Shown one piece after another: positions 24,802 to 38,792 of a DNA stretch of 64,000 nt. Origin of the DNA: Heteronotia binoei. Its lineage: Eukaryota. Location: the NCBI RefSeq assembly GCF_032191835.1, contig NC_083226.1, positions 24,180,001 to 24,244,000 of the forward strand, given 5' to 3'. The notes under the pieces were generated by a model. It was not told where the DNA came from. It searched no databases and saw only the letters and a list, made by a program, of their open reading frames with translations. Every line of letters begins with the position of its first letter. The first letter of the stretch is position 1. The position numbers and the translations under genes were made by a program.

Positions 24802-26398
24802 GTTCTGAGCACAGACCTCCCAGTGGTAGGACTAGAGTGGCCTCATTGAGAAGAGGAGGAAGAGGAAGAAATTGGATTTATACCCCACCCTTCAACTGGA
24901 GTCTCAGCAGCTTACAAACCCCTTTCCCTTCCTATCCCCACAACAGACTCCCTGTGGGGCTGAGAGAGCTCTGAGAGAAGGTCACCCAGCTGGCTTCATG
25001 CGGAGGAGTGGGAAATCAAACCTTCCAGATTAGAGTCCACACTCTTAGCCACTACATCAAACTGAGGGGGTGGGTGGGAAAATACCCAGGCAGTATATAC
25101 TTTGGCCCTGACATTCTAATCACTACACCCCAGCGGCTCATTCATCTGCAAGGACCCATCTTGACGATTGTTTCTCCTTCGCACTACACGGGGACAGAAT
25201 GACGGAAACTGGCTCTCTACATGTTGCTGGTTTTGTCTCTCCAGAGCCAGATTAACAATTAGGCCAAGTAGGCACTAGCCTATGGGCTCCCATGTCTTTA
25301 GGGGCCCCAGGCTGGCTCTCCTCCCCCCGGTTTTCCCCATGTTTGCAGCCCTCCCAGCCTGCATGAGCAGCCAGCAATTTAGCTGCTCTTTGCCCGACTT
25401 GCCTGGTGCAGCTACTGCTGGCGTCACCAAGTTTGCCTCTCTGCCTCTCCCCCACAGCTTAGTAAAAGGGGCTTTGGAGAAGGTTCCTGCAGGCTGCAGC
25501 AGGGGCCATGGGTGGTGGGCCAGGTGCTCAGACTCTGAGATAATATGCGAGGGCCCCCCCAAAATTTCGACTGCCTAGGGGCCTCCACAGGGTTTAATCC
25601 TGCACTGTAATAATAATAATAATAATAAATTTATTCTTATATCCCGCCCTCCCCCGCCAAGGCGGGCTCAGGGCGGCTCACAGGACTGTGTCTCTCATCA
25701 GTTTTCCCCAGCTCTCCTGCTTCTTCTCTGCCAACGCATCGGATTCTGTTTCGCACTTCTCAGTTCCCCCAAGCTATAGGACATTTTAGGGGCAGCCCAT
25801 TACAGATTCGGCACACTGGGCAACTACAGTGTTCTTTTTGTTCCGTCTGTTATGGACAACATACGCAAAGAGAGCAGGTAAGGAGCAGAACGTCCCTAAA
25901 AGCAATAGCATGCAGTATTCCCAGGCTTCTGATTTCAGGCAGCTACCAAACCCAGGCATCTTCTCAAGTAGAGTTCCAGCTGCCAGCTTCCACCCCCCCC
26001 CTTCCTGTGCCATGCCTGCCCAAACCAAACACTGCTTTCCAGCCCACAACCTCTCAGGGAGTCACAGTGTGCTCTCCTGGCCATGAGTGTCCATCAACCG
26101 TAAACAAGGTGCACTAAAGCTTAAAAATGCTTGTCATTTCGCTGGACTCAGCTTCCAGTAATGGCATTTCCAGCACAATCCTTTTCACTCGAGCTGTTTG
26201 TTTTTGGCCAAAGCATTAGAATGCTCTCATCTTTGGCCATCGTTTCCCTCTTGAGATTTATTTTTTTTTGCAGCAGCAGCAACAGAATTTGCTTCTATAA
26301 TGACAGTAAAAAATGTGTGCCTATTAATCACATACAGTGGCTTGGTCTGGACGTCTTTTACCCTGCTTTGTTGGCAGCGATCCTGTCGCCGGCTCCCC

Positions 26399-26866
26399 TA
26401 GGGTTGCCAATCCCCAGGTGAGGGCAGGAGATTTCCCAGTTTGGGGGCCCTCCCCCTGCTTTAGGGTCATCAGAAAGTGGGAGGGGGGAAATGTCTGCTA
26501 AACACTCCATTATTCCCTATGGAGACCGATTCCCATAGGGTATAATGGTGAATTGATCTTGGGGGGGGGGTCTGTTTTTTGAGGCACCAAAGTTTCAGCA
26601 TAGCATCCAGTGCCTCACTTCCAAACACCCTCCAAGTTTCAAAAAGTTTGGACCTCGGGATCCAATTCTATGAGCCCCAAAAGAAGATGCCCCTATCCTT
26701 CATTATTTCCAGTGAAGGTATTCAAAAGGCGTGAGGTCCCTTTAAATGTAATGGTCAGAACTCCCTTGGGAGTTTGATTATGCTTGCTCCTGGCTCCACT
26801 CCCAAAGTCTCCTGGCTCCACCCGCAAAGTACCCAGATATTTCTTGAATTGGACTTGGCAACCCTA
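26399..26866. mobile_element. hAT MITE with TAGGGTTGCCA TIRs (Blackjack-like termini)
   Basis: tagggttgcca...tggcaacccta; perfect TSD ggctcccc. A 3' half of the same element lies near 9800-10015. Confidence 0.88.
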
Positions 26867-27273
26867 GGCTCCCCCTTTCCCACCAGCTGCAAAACGTATG
26901 GCTGAAGCTTAATGAAAGGAGTGGCCCTTCTGCAGAAGCAGCAGTAACAGAACTGAAATAACACAAAGAAATGCTCCTCAGCAGCCTTTCTATGAAGACG
27001 TGACTGCAGGTGGAAGTTGTACATGAGTCAGAGCTCCCCCCCCCACACACACACACCTGTACAAAAACCTTCTGTGCAGGAAATTAGAGGGACAGGGAGA
27101 ACAGTTCTACCCCCCAGCTATTTTATGTGATATATATAAAACAGGCTGTTCCTTAAGATCTGAGGCCCAGCAGGTTCAGGAGGATCAAAGAAGATAAATA
27201 AGGCTCAAACTGAATATGACCTCCTCCTGTTGTGCCGTTCCAAAAATTTAATAGCAGTTAAGGTCTTTGGAAG

Positions 27274-27537
27274 AGCCCTGTGGCGCAGAGTCCTAAGCTC
27301 TGCTCACAACCTGAGTTCGATCCCCGGCGGAAGCTGTGTTCAGGTAGCTGGCTCCAGGTTGACTCAGCCTTTCATCCTTCTGAGTTCGGTCAAATGAGTA
27401 CCCAGCTTGCTGGGGGGAAAGTGTAGATGACTGGGGAAGGCAGTGGCAAACCACCCCGTAAAAAGTCTGCTGTGAAAGCAACGTCACCCCAGAGCTGGAA
27501 ACAACTGGTGCTTGCACAGGTGCTTCCTTTACCTTTT
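27274..27537 (+). mobile_element. Sauria SINE (Squam1-like)
   Basis: tRNA head, core caggttgactcagcc..ccatccttc..aaatgagtaccca, ggcaaaccacc tail region and accttt end. Confidence 0.75.
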
Positions 27538-28762
27538 AAGGTCTTTGGAGGAGGGGGCAGCAGTTTCTGCCAATTCCCATTTCTCATTGCAGTCCCTGTA
27601 ATCACTGGAACAAAATGGGGGTGGGGGGACTCAACAGACTACAGAGGATGTAGGAAGTAGGAAAGTCCCAGTTTGCAAAACCTGTGGGTGGCTGGATAAC
27701 CCCAGATCAGGAGGTCCACAAACTGGTTAAATTTTATTTAATTTAATTTGCGATTTATACCCCACCCTATCTTGCAAGGCGGGCTCAGGGCAGCGGCTGG
27801 CCTGGATGAGAGACATGGGGTCTCTGCCCGTCATGCCAAGAAATTAACAACCTTTGTTGATTTCATGCTATCTCCCATTTGAGGCCTCAAACTTAGAGCA
27901 TAGCGCATAGCTCTAATATAGACTGAAACAGGTTTTTTAGATTTAATTCTCTTTAAAGGTATTAGAGTATAAGATAAGGTAAGCTTAGCTATGAGAGTCT
28001 GCTTAAAGTTTATCTGAATACTAAAGTGCATAATCTTCTATTGTATCCGGAAACTTATCTTCTGTTTTGACTTCTGCTGTATCTTTAAGGCTTCTGTTCA
28101 GAGTAATAGCTTAAGTAGAGTAAAGTTTTATCTGTGGAAGTCTCTGGTTGTTTGGGTTACTGAAGGTACAGGAAGGTGTACCTGCATCAGTTAGATCCCT
28201 CAAAAGTTGGTGCTAGTCACAGTACATGAGGGACACCTCCGCAATTCAAAGGCAGCCAACTTCTGAATCAGAGCTGTCCCCAGTGGGGGGAGCAGCGCCC
28301 TCCTAATTTGCAGCGCCCCACCATGGGGGGTGATGCAGATTTGATAGGGGGCACTTTCCCCAGTGCCCCCCTACTGGCTACAGCCCTGTAAATCTAAATG
28401 ACAAAGCTAGGAGGAAACGCAAGAGGAAGGCCTCAGCCTCTGTGCTCTGTTCACTGTCCTTCTAGAGCGACTGCTTAGGAACAGTGAAAAATAGGATGCT
28501 GGACTAGATGGAATGCCAATCTGATTCAGCAGGGCATCTCTATTATTAGGGTTTTATACAATGATGAGTCAAGCCAGTGCATGTTTAGGGCAGGGGTTCC
28601 AGAGGTGCCTCTCAGCAGTCCTGCGTTGAATTGTTTTGCTGTTAACACCTATAAATTGCAACTGCAGTGCCTGGGTAACTATGAAGCTCCTAGCTATAGG
28701 AGCCAAGCTTGTGGAAAAGGTAGTCTGAGGCTTACTATCAATCTCCTCGCGTTTCCTTGCAG

Positions 28763-28883
28763 GCCGCGAAGCTCTCCGATATGGTCTGTCAGCCCATCAG
28801 CACTTCATTGTAAAGCTTCCCAGCGGATTCTGGAAATATCACAGCCGAGAGGCCTAAACCCATTCTTCGTCCTTCCGAAAGAG
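28763..28883 (+). CDS. THEGL: THEGL exon: PRSSPIWSVSPSALHCKASQRILEISQPRGLNPFFVLPKE
   Basis: gtttccttgcag| and |gtaata, 121 nt, phase 2/0, THEG repeat. Confidence 0.9.
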
Positions 28884-30095
28884 GTAATAACCAGGATTAC
28901 CAACCTCCAGGTTGCACCTGGAGATCTCCTGCTTTAGAAATGATCTCCAGACGACAGAGATCAGTTCCCCTAGAGAAAATGGCTGCTTTGGAGGGTGGAC
29001 TCGATGACATTGTACCCTGCTGAGGTCCCCAGGCTCCACCCCCAAATCTCCAGGTATTTCCCGACGCAGAGCTGACAACCTTATAACAGTGTTTTACCAA
29101 AATTCATCTTGATCTTCTGTCCGAGTATTTCTGTACTTTGCTCTGTTTCAGAGCCATGAAGCATTTTATGCTTCTCTCAGCTTTTTGGAATGGCTGCGAT
29201 GAGGCCCCAAGACGAACCTAGCTCCTCGATGGTTTTTAAAAATAGCTGAGCCCTGAAATAAGTACTGTTGTGTCTGGCAGCCACCATTCCTCTGGGTATA
29301 TAAGAGTTCTTTGAGATCAGTTAAAAATAACCAGCATTTAAGGGGCGGGGGGGGAATCTACTGTTTTTGGCGACATGCCGTGTGATAAAGAGGGCCAAGA
29401 AAATAAGAGTGAGATGATTCATTAGCATGCTGTTCCCTGTTGTTAGATAAATGTGGAAATGAGAGCATGGTTGTTGGCTGAGTCAGCATTGGACGCAGGG
29501 ATTTCCCTGCCAGATGGACAGCAGGAAGCCCCAGGCATGGTTTTAGAAAGTGGGTGGGGCCAAGTTGGACTGTTGCCTTTCAAGGCTTTTGATTGGCTTT
29601 GCAGATTTTTGAAAACATTGCTTTGGTACCTGTTGCCACCACAGCAGAAGGCTCTTCACTGTGTGACCGAAGGTATGCTGGGGCAACCGCTTGGTAGCTG
29701 GCTCCACCTCCTGCAGCAGCCATTTTGCATCCACCATGCTGTGTCAGAATTCCAAAAGCACTCGCAGGCCGGAAAGGGTTGGGGACTCCTGCACTACATG
29801 ATATTTGGGTAGTCGGAAGGGATTTGGGGAAGCTCTTGCCTGCCCACCCTCTGCTTTAAACCCCCCCACCCCACACGCACATACTTTATATAAATTCGGC
29901 AGCGACCCATTTCTTTCATAATGGGTCTGTGGTTGTGGCATCTGGTTTTGCCCTCAGATTGCTGGTGTGGCACGGTGGTTACAGAACTAGATACAGAATG
30001 GCCAGGTTCAAATTCCCACTTCATCATAAAGACCAATGAGATTTGTTGGGTATGACTTTTGAGTTGCTGTCCTACAGAAGACCAGCATGGGTAGA

Positions 30096-30368
30096 AGAAG
30101 ATGATGATGATATTGAATTTATATCCCAACCTCCACTCAGAGTCTCAGAGCGGTCACAATCTCCTTTATCTTCCTCCCCCACAACAGACATCCTGTGAGG
30201 TGGGTGGGGCTGAGAGGACTCTCACAGCAGCTGCCCTTTCAAGGACAACTTCTGCCAGAGCTATGGCTGACCCAAGGCCATGCCAGCAGGAGCAAATGGA
30301 GGAGTGGGGAATCAAACCCATTTCTCCGAGATAAGAGTCCGCACGTAACCACTACACCAAACTGGCTT
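30096..30368 (-). mobile_element. Squam3-like SINE on -; other - copies at ~21140-21306, 23690-23810, 24850-25064, 34514-34774 and 60230-60560
   Basis: Reverse complement of the same head and body. Confidence 0.8.
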
Positions 30369-31802
30369 TGAAACCACTTCATCATCACACTCACCGGGTG
30401 ACCTTTGGCTGATTGCCTTCTCGCAGCGTGACCTACCTCAAAGGGTTCTTGTGAACATAAGATGGAGGGGGAGAAGCCTGTACACTATTATGAGTTCCTC
30501 AGAAGAACAGTTGGTGGTATAAAAATTTGAAAGAGACCCCTGACCTGGTTAGTCCATGCAAGCCCAATCTTGTCAAATCTCAGAAGCTAAGCAGGGCCGA
30601 CCTGGCAAGTATTTGGATGGGAGACCTCCAAGAAATACCAGAGTCAGGAGGCAGAGGCAGGCTATCAAGTCACTTCTCTGAACATCCTCTATGACCTAGT
30701 AAGGGTTGCCAGAGGTCGCCACGGCTTCCAGGCATGGGTGCACACACAAAAATGCAAGAAATACCCCCAAAAAATTTGAAAGAGAGATCGATCGTTAAAG
30801 AAAGCGTTAGAAAACCTTTTTTGCACTGAAAGTTTACCTTCCGCATGCATAGACGTAACACCCAGATATGTCTCTCACACGGGGACTTTACAAAAGCTCC
30901 CAGCTCCCTTCTTTGACTCATGACATAACCATCACTTCCTGCTTCCTTTGTTACTTAAGAAGCTCTCCCACTCCAACCAACTAAAATTGGTGTCTAGCAT
31001 CCTGTTTCTTGGACGGTTATGTAAGATTTGTAACTCTATACAGGGATTATTCAGCCAGACAGGGATCCGTTTTCTTAAGCAACACCCATGAGTGGGTGAA
31101 ACTATGAAAACACTGCAGGATGGATTGCCAAAGCGCCTTCCTTTCCGTAGAACTTATGAGGAGACACAGTTCTGTGGCATCATAACTAGGTCTTAAGCTG
31201 AAGAACAAGAACAGGCTCACAAGAAGGGGACAGCTTGGGCTTTTAACGAGCAGGCAGTTTATTAGACATTTTTATCTCGTGTTCTTTCAGCCAGGGGCTG
31301 GTTCACAAAGCAGCTTTGAAATCTAGGAAGGTTCTCAGTTTAAAGAAAAAAATCAGGGGTTAATAAAAAAACATTTCAAATGGCAACAAATACGAACCTC
31401 CAGGTGATTTGGGAACCAGAGAGAGGGTCACTCTGAGACTATGTGTAAGGAAACAACCAAAGGTTATAGTGACCGAATTACTAAGATATTTATCATTGAA
31501 TATCAATTTGACCAAATAACAAATATAACATTCAATACAAAAAGCTTAAAGGCACAAAGTCCCAAACGTAAAGATAAATTTCAACGGAGCCCCGATGTAC
31601 AGGACGTTGGCTTGAATACTCCTGCTTCAATCACACTTCTAGCATAGGGTGCCCCCTTGATTACTTTTTTTACAAAAAAAAGACTTCAATATTCAAGGTC
31701 AATTACAAAATATTTTCACAATTCACTTTCAATGAATTGACTTTGAGTATTGATAACTATCTTAGTAATTTGATCATTATAACCTTTGATTGTTTCCTTA
31801 CA

Positions 31803-32018
31803 CAACCTCCAGGTGATGGCTGGAGATATCCTGGGATTACAACTAATCTCCAGGCGATAGAAATCACCAGGAAGCATTGGCCGCTTTGGAAGGTGGACTA
31901 TATGGCATCATACCCCATTGAAGTCCATCTTCTCCCCAAACACCTGCCCTCCTCAGGCCACCCCCCCCCCCCCCCGCCAAAATCTCCAGGTATTTCCCAA
32001 CCCAGAGCTGGCAACCCT
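31803..32018. mobile_element. Abundant short hAT-derived repeat ending tggcaaccct; copies near 1378-1562, 4620-4820, 9520-9780, 12790-12992, 13790-13945, 28893-29082, 38270-38445, 59134-59365 and 63038-63360
   Basis: Shared core ctccaggtg..ggagatctcc..aattacaactgatctccag..gagatcagttcccctggagaaaatggctgctttggagggtggac. Confidence 0.75.
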
Positions 32019-33849
32019 AATCGTTTCCTGCACTGTGCGGGGGGTTGGACTAGATGACCCTGGAGGTCCCTTCCAACTCTATGATTCTATGATCGTACAA
32101 AAGGACATGAACAAGGATATTGCATATAAAAGGGCCTTGAGTACAAAAGGACATCTCTTAAAATTTGGCTCTTCAGTGCAAGATGACATGGAAGATGTCA
32201 TGGAAAAATGTCCCATCACTGTGTCCCAACTTCTGTTGTTGCATGGGAAGAGTTTATAATGCTAACCCTCTATTTGCACCTTATCAGAAGAGCAGATTAA
32301 TTCAGGAAACAATCTGGGCAGAGAGAGAGATACAGCATGGAAAGTCTGCACACGGGAAGCCTCAGAGCAAATGGGACTTAAGATGCTTCACACCCGTTCC
32401 CTTTTTCCTGGGAATGCTGGAAACAAGGGCCCTTTCTGCTTTTGTGTTTACTACGGCTCTCACCTCCGTCACTTTAAAAACCTGCTTCCATATTCACATG
32501 CACATTCACCTCACTCTCCCATCGAATTTTTTAATTCCTTCCACATTCTTTTCCCAGCGTTCTGCTGTCACTCCTCTGTATCGCCATAGTTTCCAAGAGT
32601 GGTTTTTCAGAGGAGTACTTCCCCCCCTCCTCTTAATTTGCTTCCAAGTCTTTAAAAGTAGAAACAATTCCTCGGACTTTCCCCCTCCCCTCCCCTGGCA
32701 GGCTAATTGGTCTGTTCTTATTGGTCAGTTTCACACTGCGCATGTCTTTTTAAATAGGAGATTAGGAAAGTAATTGCCTTTGTCTGACATCAAGTTAGCT
32801 TGGTTGGTTAAGATGCTGGGCTATTTTGTATTTGGGGGGGGAATTCCTTTTGAAACGTGAGAATAATGCTGTGGCAGTTGCAGCCTTTTTTAAAAAGTCT
32901 GGTCCATCTCAACATCTCCTTTTGTCATCTCATTTCTAAATAACAATGGGGGGAATTCAGGCTGCAAAGCTCTGAAGTCTCTGCCTCCTCTCACTAAATT
33001 TTTTAAGCAGTGCCTGGCAGTGGGGGGGGGGGGTTTCTCCAGCAAACTCCTTGACTACTGATAAAGGGGGAGCAAATTCAGCTGGAAAAGTCTCCTATTT
33101 CAAAAGGTACTCCCAATGTGAAACTAACATTGACTAAAGGGAACCTCCACATTCAGAGGCCGTCAACCTCTGAATCACAGTGGCAGGAGGCAACACCAGT
33201 GGAAGGTCTCAGCCTCTATGCCATTGCTGGCCATCCAGAGTAATTGGTTGGCCACTGTGTGAGACAGGATTCTGGACTAGGTGGACCACTGATCTGATCC
33301 CACAGGGCTCTTATGTTCTTATTTGTGGCTCTTGGCTAAGGATAACTAAGTGCGTCTTTCAAAAGCCACCATTGCTATGACTACCAGTTGCCATGGGGAA
33401 ACAATAGGGAATGGCTTTCTCCTTCAAGTTCTTCTTGGGAGTGCCAGAAGACATCTGGCTGATCACTATTGGTACCAGGATGTTGGGTTCAATTGACCTT
33501 GGATTGATCCAGCAAAGCCACTAAAGGGGCTTGTATCCCGCCATTTCATGGGATGAATACTCCTTGGGTTGAAGGGAGACTTCAAATGTCACTGAGCAGT
33601 GTGGTAGGATACAAGGCTTGTCTTGTTCTGGACCCCAGGTTACCCTTTTGCTGTCCATAACCTCAAAGACTTATGAGTCACTTAGTAAACTGCCTTCGTT
33701 TTCTGAAGAAAGTCCACTTTTCTGTCCTTAAGGGAGTTGCCTAGTTATTACGGAATTTGTTACAATGAGTTTGAAGGGCTACTTGGGCACTGATGGGTTT
33801 CTAAATTGCAAAGAGGATCTTATTAACCTGTCTGATTTGCCTTGTGTAG

Positions 33850-33981
33850 CCTGAAACACCCGTTACACGTGCTGCCCGGACCACTTCAGCATCCCCACGG
33901 ACACAACGTCTCTCTCAGCCAGTAATCAAGAGGGCCATTCCCTGCTATGAAAACAGATGCATGGAGGCTCCCATCCGAAAA
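33850..33981 (+). CDS. THEGL: THEGL exon: PETPVTRAARTTSASPRTQRLSQPVIKRAIPCYENRCMEAPIRK
   Basis: ccttgtgtag| and |gtaatg, 132 nt, phase 0/0. Matches recalled [31 protein letters not shown]. Confidence 0.9.
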
Positions 33982-36132
33982 GTAATGTCTTTACTTTAAT
34001 GGAGAGGTTCTTTACTGTCTGGATTACCATGGGGTGAATTTTCATCTGTATGGCTACGCTTGTTTCTTATTCAGTAATAAGCATATACCTTCTTTGGCTT
34101 GCTCCCAAGGCATTGGCTGGGCTGTTGTGATGTCATGGAATGTTTATAGCATTCTCCTGAAGCAATGGGGATGGTGGGCCAGCCTCAAGCAGTTAAGGGG
34201 GAGGCCCTCTGTCTGGAATCAGATGAGAAGCATAGTCAAGGGTGGGCAAAGTCCAGATTCCAGGAACAGCAGCCAAAGATCAGAGGAGCCAAAGGCAAAG
34301 CCCAAAACTGGGCAGGAAGTTAAATATACAAAATGCATCAATACAAAGACCACGCAAGGTGTTTTCTATACAAAAAGTCACTAAGACTGAAAAGCAGACT
34401 CTGAAGCTTTATTGGGCCTGATGAACAGGGATTGGTCCTTGGAGTTAGCTGACTGAACTAGGATTGCCAGCCCCCAGGTCCCAGCGGGGGATCCCCCAGT
34501 TTTAGAAGACGCAGATTTATACCCCGCCCTTCTCTCTGAATCAGAGTCTCAGAGCAGCTTACAATCTCCTTTATCTCCTTCCCCCCACAGCTGACACCCT
34601 GTGAGGTGGGTGGGGCTGAGAGAGCTCCCTCAGAAGCTGCCCTTTCAAGGACAACTCCTACAAGAGCTATGGCTGACCCAAGGCCATTCCAGCAGGTGCA
34701 AGTGGAGGAGTGAGGAATCAACCCTGTTCTTCCAGATAAGAGTCTGCACACTTAACCACTACATCAAACTGGCTCTCTTTAGGGACTTCTCTCCCCCGCA
34801 GACCAGCTGGCCGGCGGGGAAAACCCTTCCCCTAAACAGGGATGTCACGTGGGGAGTCGCTCTTGTTTTTGGACAAACTATAGTTTAAACCCAATTTAAC
34901 CATAGAGTTTGTCCAAAATCCAGAGCATCCCTTACATGACATCCTCACCCACCCACAAAACGCCCCGCAAATTCTCCTACCAGACAGGTGAGGGGACTTG
35001 GCTACCTTAGTGCTCACTCAGACAGGAGGAGCACGCAGCAAGGCAAATTTTATCATGCTCTTTCTGCCCTATTCCTAGCCTTCTTTCTGTCTCTGTCTCG
35101 CCGTCTCTCTCTCCCTCTCTGTCTCTCTTCGTGTCTCTCTCTTTGTCTCTCTCAAAATCTGTCTCCCTCCCTCTCTCTCTCTCTGCAACTCAGCCCAATT
35201 GCCTGGCACAAGTATTTTTAGAAAGTGGGTGGGGCCAGATGGGGCTTTTGTCTGGCATGGCTTCTGATTGGCCAATGGAGACCTGATTGGCAATGCAGAT
35301 CTTTGAAAGTGTTGCTTCGGCAGCACCAGTCACCACAGCACAGGCGTCTCCACTATGTGACAGAAGGTAAGCTGTGTGTATTGAAGACAGCACAGTATGT
35401 TCATTTCTGTTCATGCTAAACAGATTTTCTACTGAAATGCTGAAGAGCTACCATTAGAATTATGCATACCTAAGAGTGGCATTTTGTGGTTGGCTCCACC
35501 TCCTGTGGCAGCCATTTTGTGGTTGTGCTCCCCATCCTATTTCAGAATTCTGAAGGTGCCTACATGCCAAAAAAGACTGGGGATGGGAGCCCCTGTTTTA
35601 GATAACGATATGGGACTCGTTCAAGGAATTTTGCTGCCCCGTGCAATGTACCACCCCATCCCTTCCTTCACCTCCTCGGGTGCTTGGCCTGGACCCACAA
35701 GGCAGCCGTACACGCATAGGAAGGGACGTCAGTCCCTCCAGTGCCACTGGTTTCTAGAAATGAGCTGAGACCCTGCAGTGTATTGGTGCCCTTCTCGTGG
35801 TGGTGCCCCAGGCAGGTGCCTGAGTGGCTTAGCTGTAGAACCAGCCCTGCAGTGCCAGTGTAGAGAGAGCCAGCCAAAGGGGCCTGGTCTCTAGATAGTC
35901 AGCTTGGATGAGCATTCAGACAGCTTAAATGTGTTGGAGGACAACAGACGAGGTCTTTTTTTCAGGGGAGTTTTTCCAGGACATAACAGCGTCCTAGTGA
36001 TGAACTTGTATAATCTCCTAGCGTCGCTGCAGATGTACTGGACTGCATCCCTACATTGAACTAGATTTATCAAATGCAAATCGGACTGATCCAGCTGGTA
36101 GGCTGTTCAATAATGAATGCGCCCTTCTGCAG

Positions 36133-36305
36133 GTAACCCAGGCCGCCCTTCAAGCAATCCCAACTCCAAGACTAGAAGAACTCGCTAGGCCTAAAGTGAC
36201 CTCGAAGAGCGCCCCTGACCGTAATGCCGAGTGGCCCGTGACATGGGCAGCAAAGAAAGCCATGGCTTCCCCGAGACTTGAGGCACTTGCTCAGCCTCCC
36301 AGAAG
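36133..36305 (+). CDS. THEGL: THEGL exon: VTQAALQAIPTPRLEELARPKVTSKSAPDRNAEWPVTWAAKKAMASPRLEALAQPPR(R)
   Basis: cttctgcag| and |gtggg, 173 nt, phase 0/2. Two THEG repeats; PDRNAEWPV matches recalled PDRDAHWPV. Confidence 0.92.
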
Positions 36306-37091
36306 GTGGGCTTCCTGGGATGATTCAGTTTATGGGTTCTGCTTGTGTTCATGCTGGGCACCTGATCCCCACTGGCGATGAGGAAGAAAGGGTTGTGGCA
36401 GATTTGCCTTCCCTCTTGGCTCAGGGGAAGAACCTGTTTTGCATGAAGAAGGTCACAGGCTGAATCCCCAGCATCTCCACTTAAAAGGGCCAGGTAGTAG
36501 GTGATGTGAAAGACCTTGGCCTGAGTCTCTGGAGAGCCGCTGCCAGTCTGAGCTGAGGATGTTGACCTGGATGGACCAATAATCCGATGCAGTATAAGGT
36601 AGCTACATATGTTTTCTGGTTTGGCTCACTGAAGTTATCTTACGCTCTTTGCACTGTGCCATATCCCAGTTCTTTGCTTGCAGAGGCTATGCAGGTATTA
36701 CTGAGATGGTGATTATGATTGTAGTCTTGAGGCCAGACTACTGTAATGCGCTTTGTATAGGGCTGCCCTTGAAGACAACTTGGAAACTTCAGTGAGTGCA
36801 AAATGAGGTGGCCTATTTGTTTGAGAGCCAGTGCGATGTAGTGGTTAAGAATGGCAGACTCTAATCTGGTGAACCAGGTTTGATTCTCCACTCCTCCATG
36901 TGAAGCCTGCTCGGTGACTTTGGGCCAGTCACAGTTCTCTCAGGACTCTCTCAGCCCCACCTGCCTCACAAGGTGCCGGTTGTGGGGAGAGGAAGGGAAG
37001 GCAATTGTAAGTCACTCTGAGTCTCCTTCAGGCAATGAAAATCAGGGTATAAAAACCAATTCTTCTTATCAAGAGCCATCTGACTCTTGAC

Positions 37092-37342
37092 CAGGGGTGG
37101 CCAAACTTGCTTAATGTAAGAGCCACATAGAATAAATGTCAGATGTTTGAGAGAAGGAAGGAAGAAAAATGGGGAGGGAGGGGTGTGTGGAAAGGAAGGA
37201 AAACGGGGAGGGGGGACGTGAAAAGAAAGCAACTTTAAATGTCTTCTCCAAGCTGGCCAGTGGGGTGGTGGGGGCTTTGAGAGCCACACAATATGTGTGA
37301 AAAAAACCACATGTGGCTCCCGAGCCAGTTTGGCCACCCCTG
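37092..37342. mobile_element. hAT MITE (TIR CAGGGGTGGCCAAAC family); related copies near 1035-1350, 8095-8302, 12150-12360, 13955-14207 and 22258-22955
   Basis: TIRs plus TSD ctcttgac/ctctagac; a shared internal sequence is seen in the other copies. Confidence 0.85.
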
Positions 37343-38792
37343 CTCTAGACCATGTTACACTGGTCCTGAAATCACTTCACTGGCTACCAATTTGTTTCAG
37401 AGCCCAGTTCAAGGTTTGGGTATAGGGCTTCCTGGGATGACTTAACCTTTAAAGCCCTTCATGACCTGGAGGCCCACATACTTGAAGAACCACCTCTACC
37501 AATATGAAGCCAGTACAGAAATTGCACTCATCACAACATGGTCTCCTAGCAGTCCCCTGGCTTGGGCATTTTCTGTCACTGCTTCACTCTTGTGGAACAG
37601 GCTGCTGGATGAAGCAGATGTCTACCCCAGGGTCCTTCCAGAGAGGCTAGGGTTGCCATTCTCCGGGTGGGGTCGGTTTGCCAGGTCCCTGCAGGCAGCC
37701 AGTAGGGGATGGTGAGTGATCTTACCGGAAGCTGGGAGTTTCATCACACGTTTCAGTGACAAGCCCACATGACTTCCAGTGTGACCCAGAAGTCATGTAG
37801 GTACCTCAGGGTGACATTCTGTTTTCTGGGCACAAACTCTATGGTAGAATTAGCTTCTACCATAAAGTTTTGTCCAAAGGCCAAAGTGGGGAGGGATGGT
37901 GGCTCAGTGGCAGAGCATCTGCTTGGGAAGCAGAAGGTCCCAGGTTCAATCCCTGGCATCTCCACTAAAAAAAGGGTCCAGGCAAATAGGCATGATAAAC
38001 CTCAGCTTGAGACCCTGGAGAGCCGCTGCCAGTCTGAGTAGACAATACTGACTTTGATGACTGAGGGTCTTATTCAGTATAAGGCAGCTTCAAATGTTCA
38101 TATGTTCAATTTTGGCCCGGCTCACGTTGAAGTCACGTAGGCACATCACTGAAATGTCGGGTGTTCCTCCCTTGCTTGGGGCGGGGTAATTCTTCCCATT
38201 ACCAGCCGGTTGATTGGTGGTAGAGATGTGGTGGCTGTCAGCAGGGGACCCCTGCTTCCACTGGGGGGCATCCCTAAGGTGGGGCCTAGAGATCTCTCGC
38301 TATTACAGCTGTTCTCCAGTTGACAAGTTCCCCTGGACAAAATGGCTGCTCTGGAGAGTGGACTGGATCTACGGCATCATACCTGCTGAGGTCCCTATCT
38401 AGGCTCCACCCCTAGTATTTCTCAAACCCCGAGCTGACAACCCTGGGAGAGGCCATAAAATAGATCTCTAACAGAGCTTGTGGAGCAGTCTGAAGGTTCA
38501 ATATGCAGGCTGGAGTTTATCCACTTTTAATAAGTTTTAATTCTTCCAACAGGTGATCATTTCTTCATTTTTTTTTGGTATTGTATTTGTTGTTGCTGAG
38601 CCACCTTGGGCCCTGACTGTGCCGGGGGAAAGGAAGGGTACATAAACATCCCCCAAAATAAATAACCCCACCCAATAGGTATGACCCCCACCCCCCAAAT
38701 CAAATTTCATTGTTAATATTACAAGCCCCCTTGGTAAAATGGCATGCTGTTTAGACGGATAGCTGTTCAACTTTCCCCCTTTGCTTTCACAG

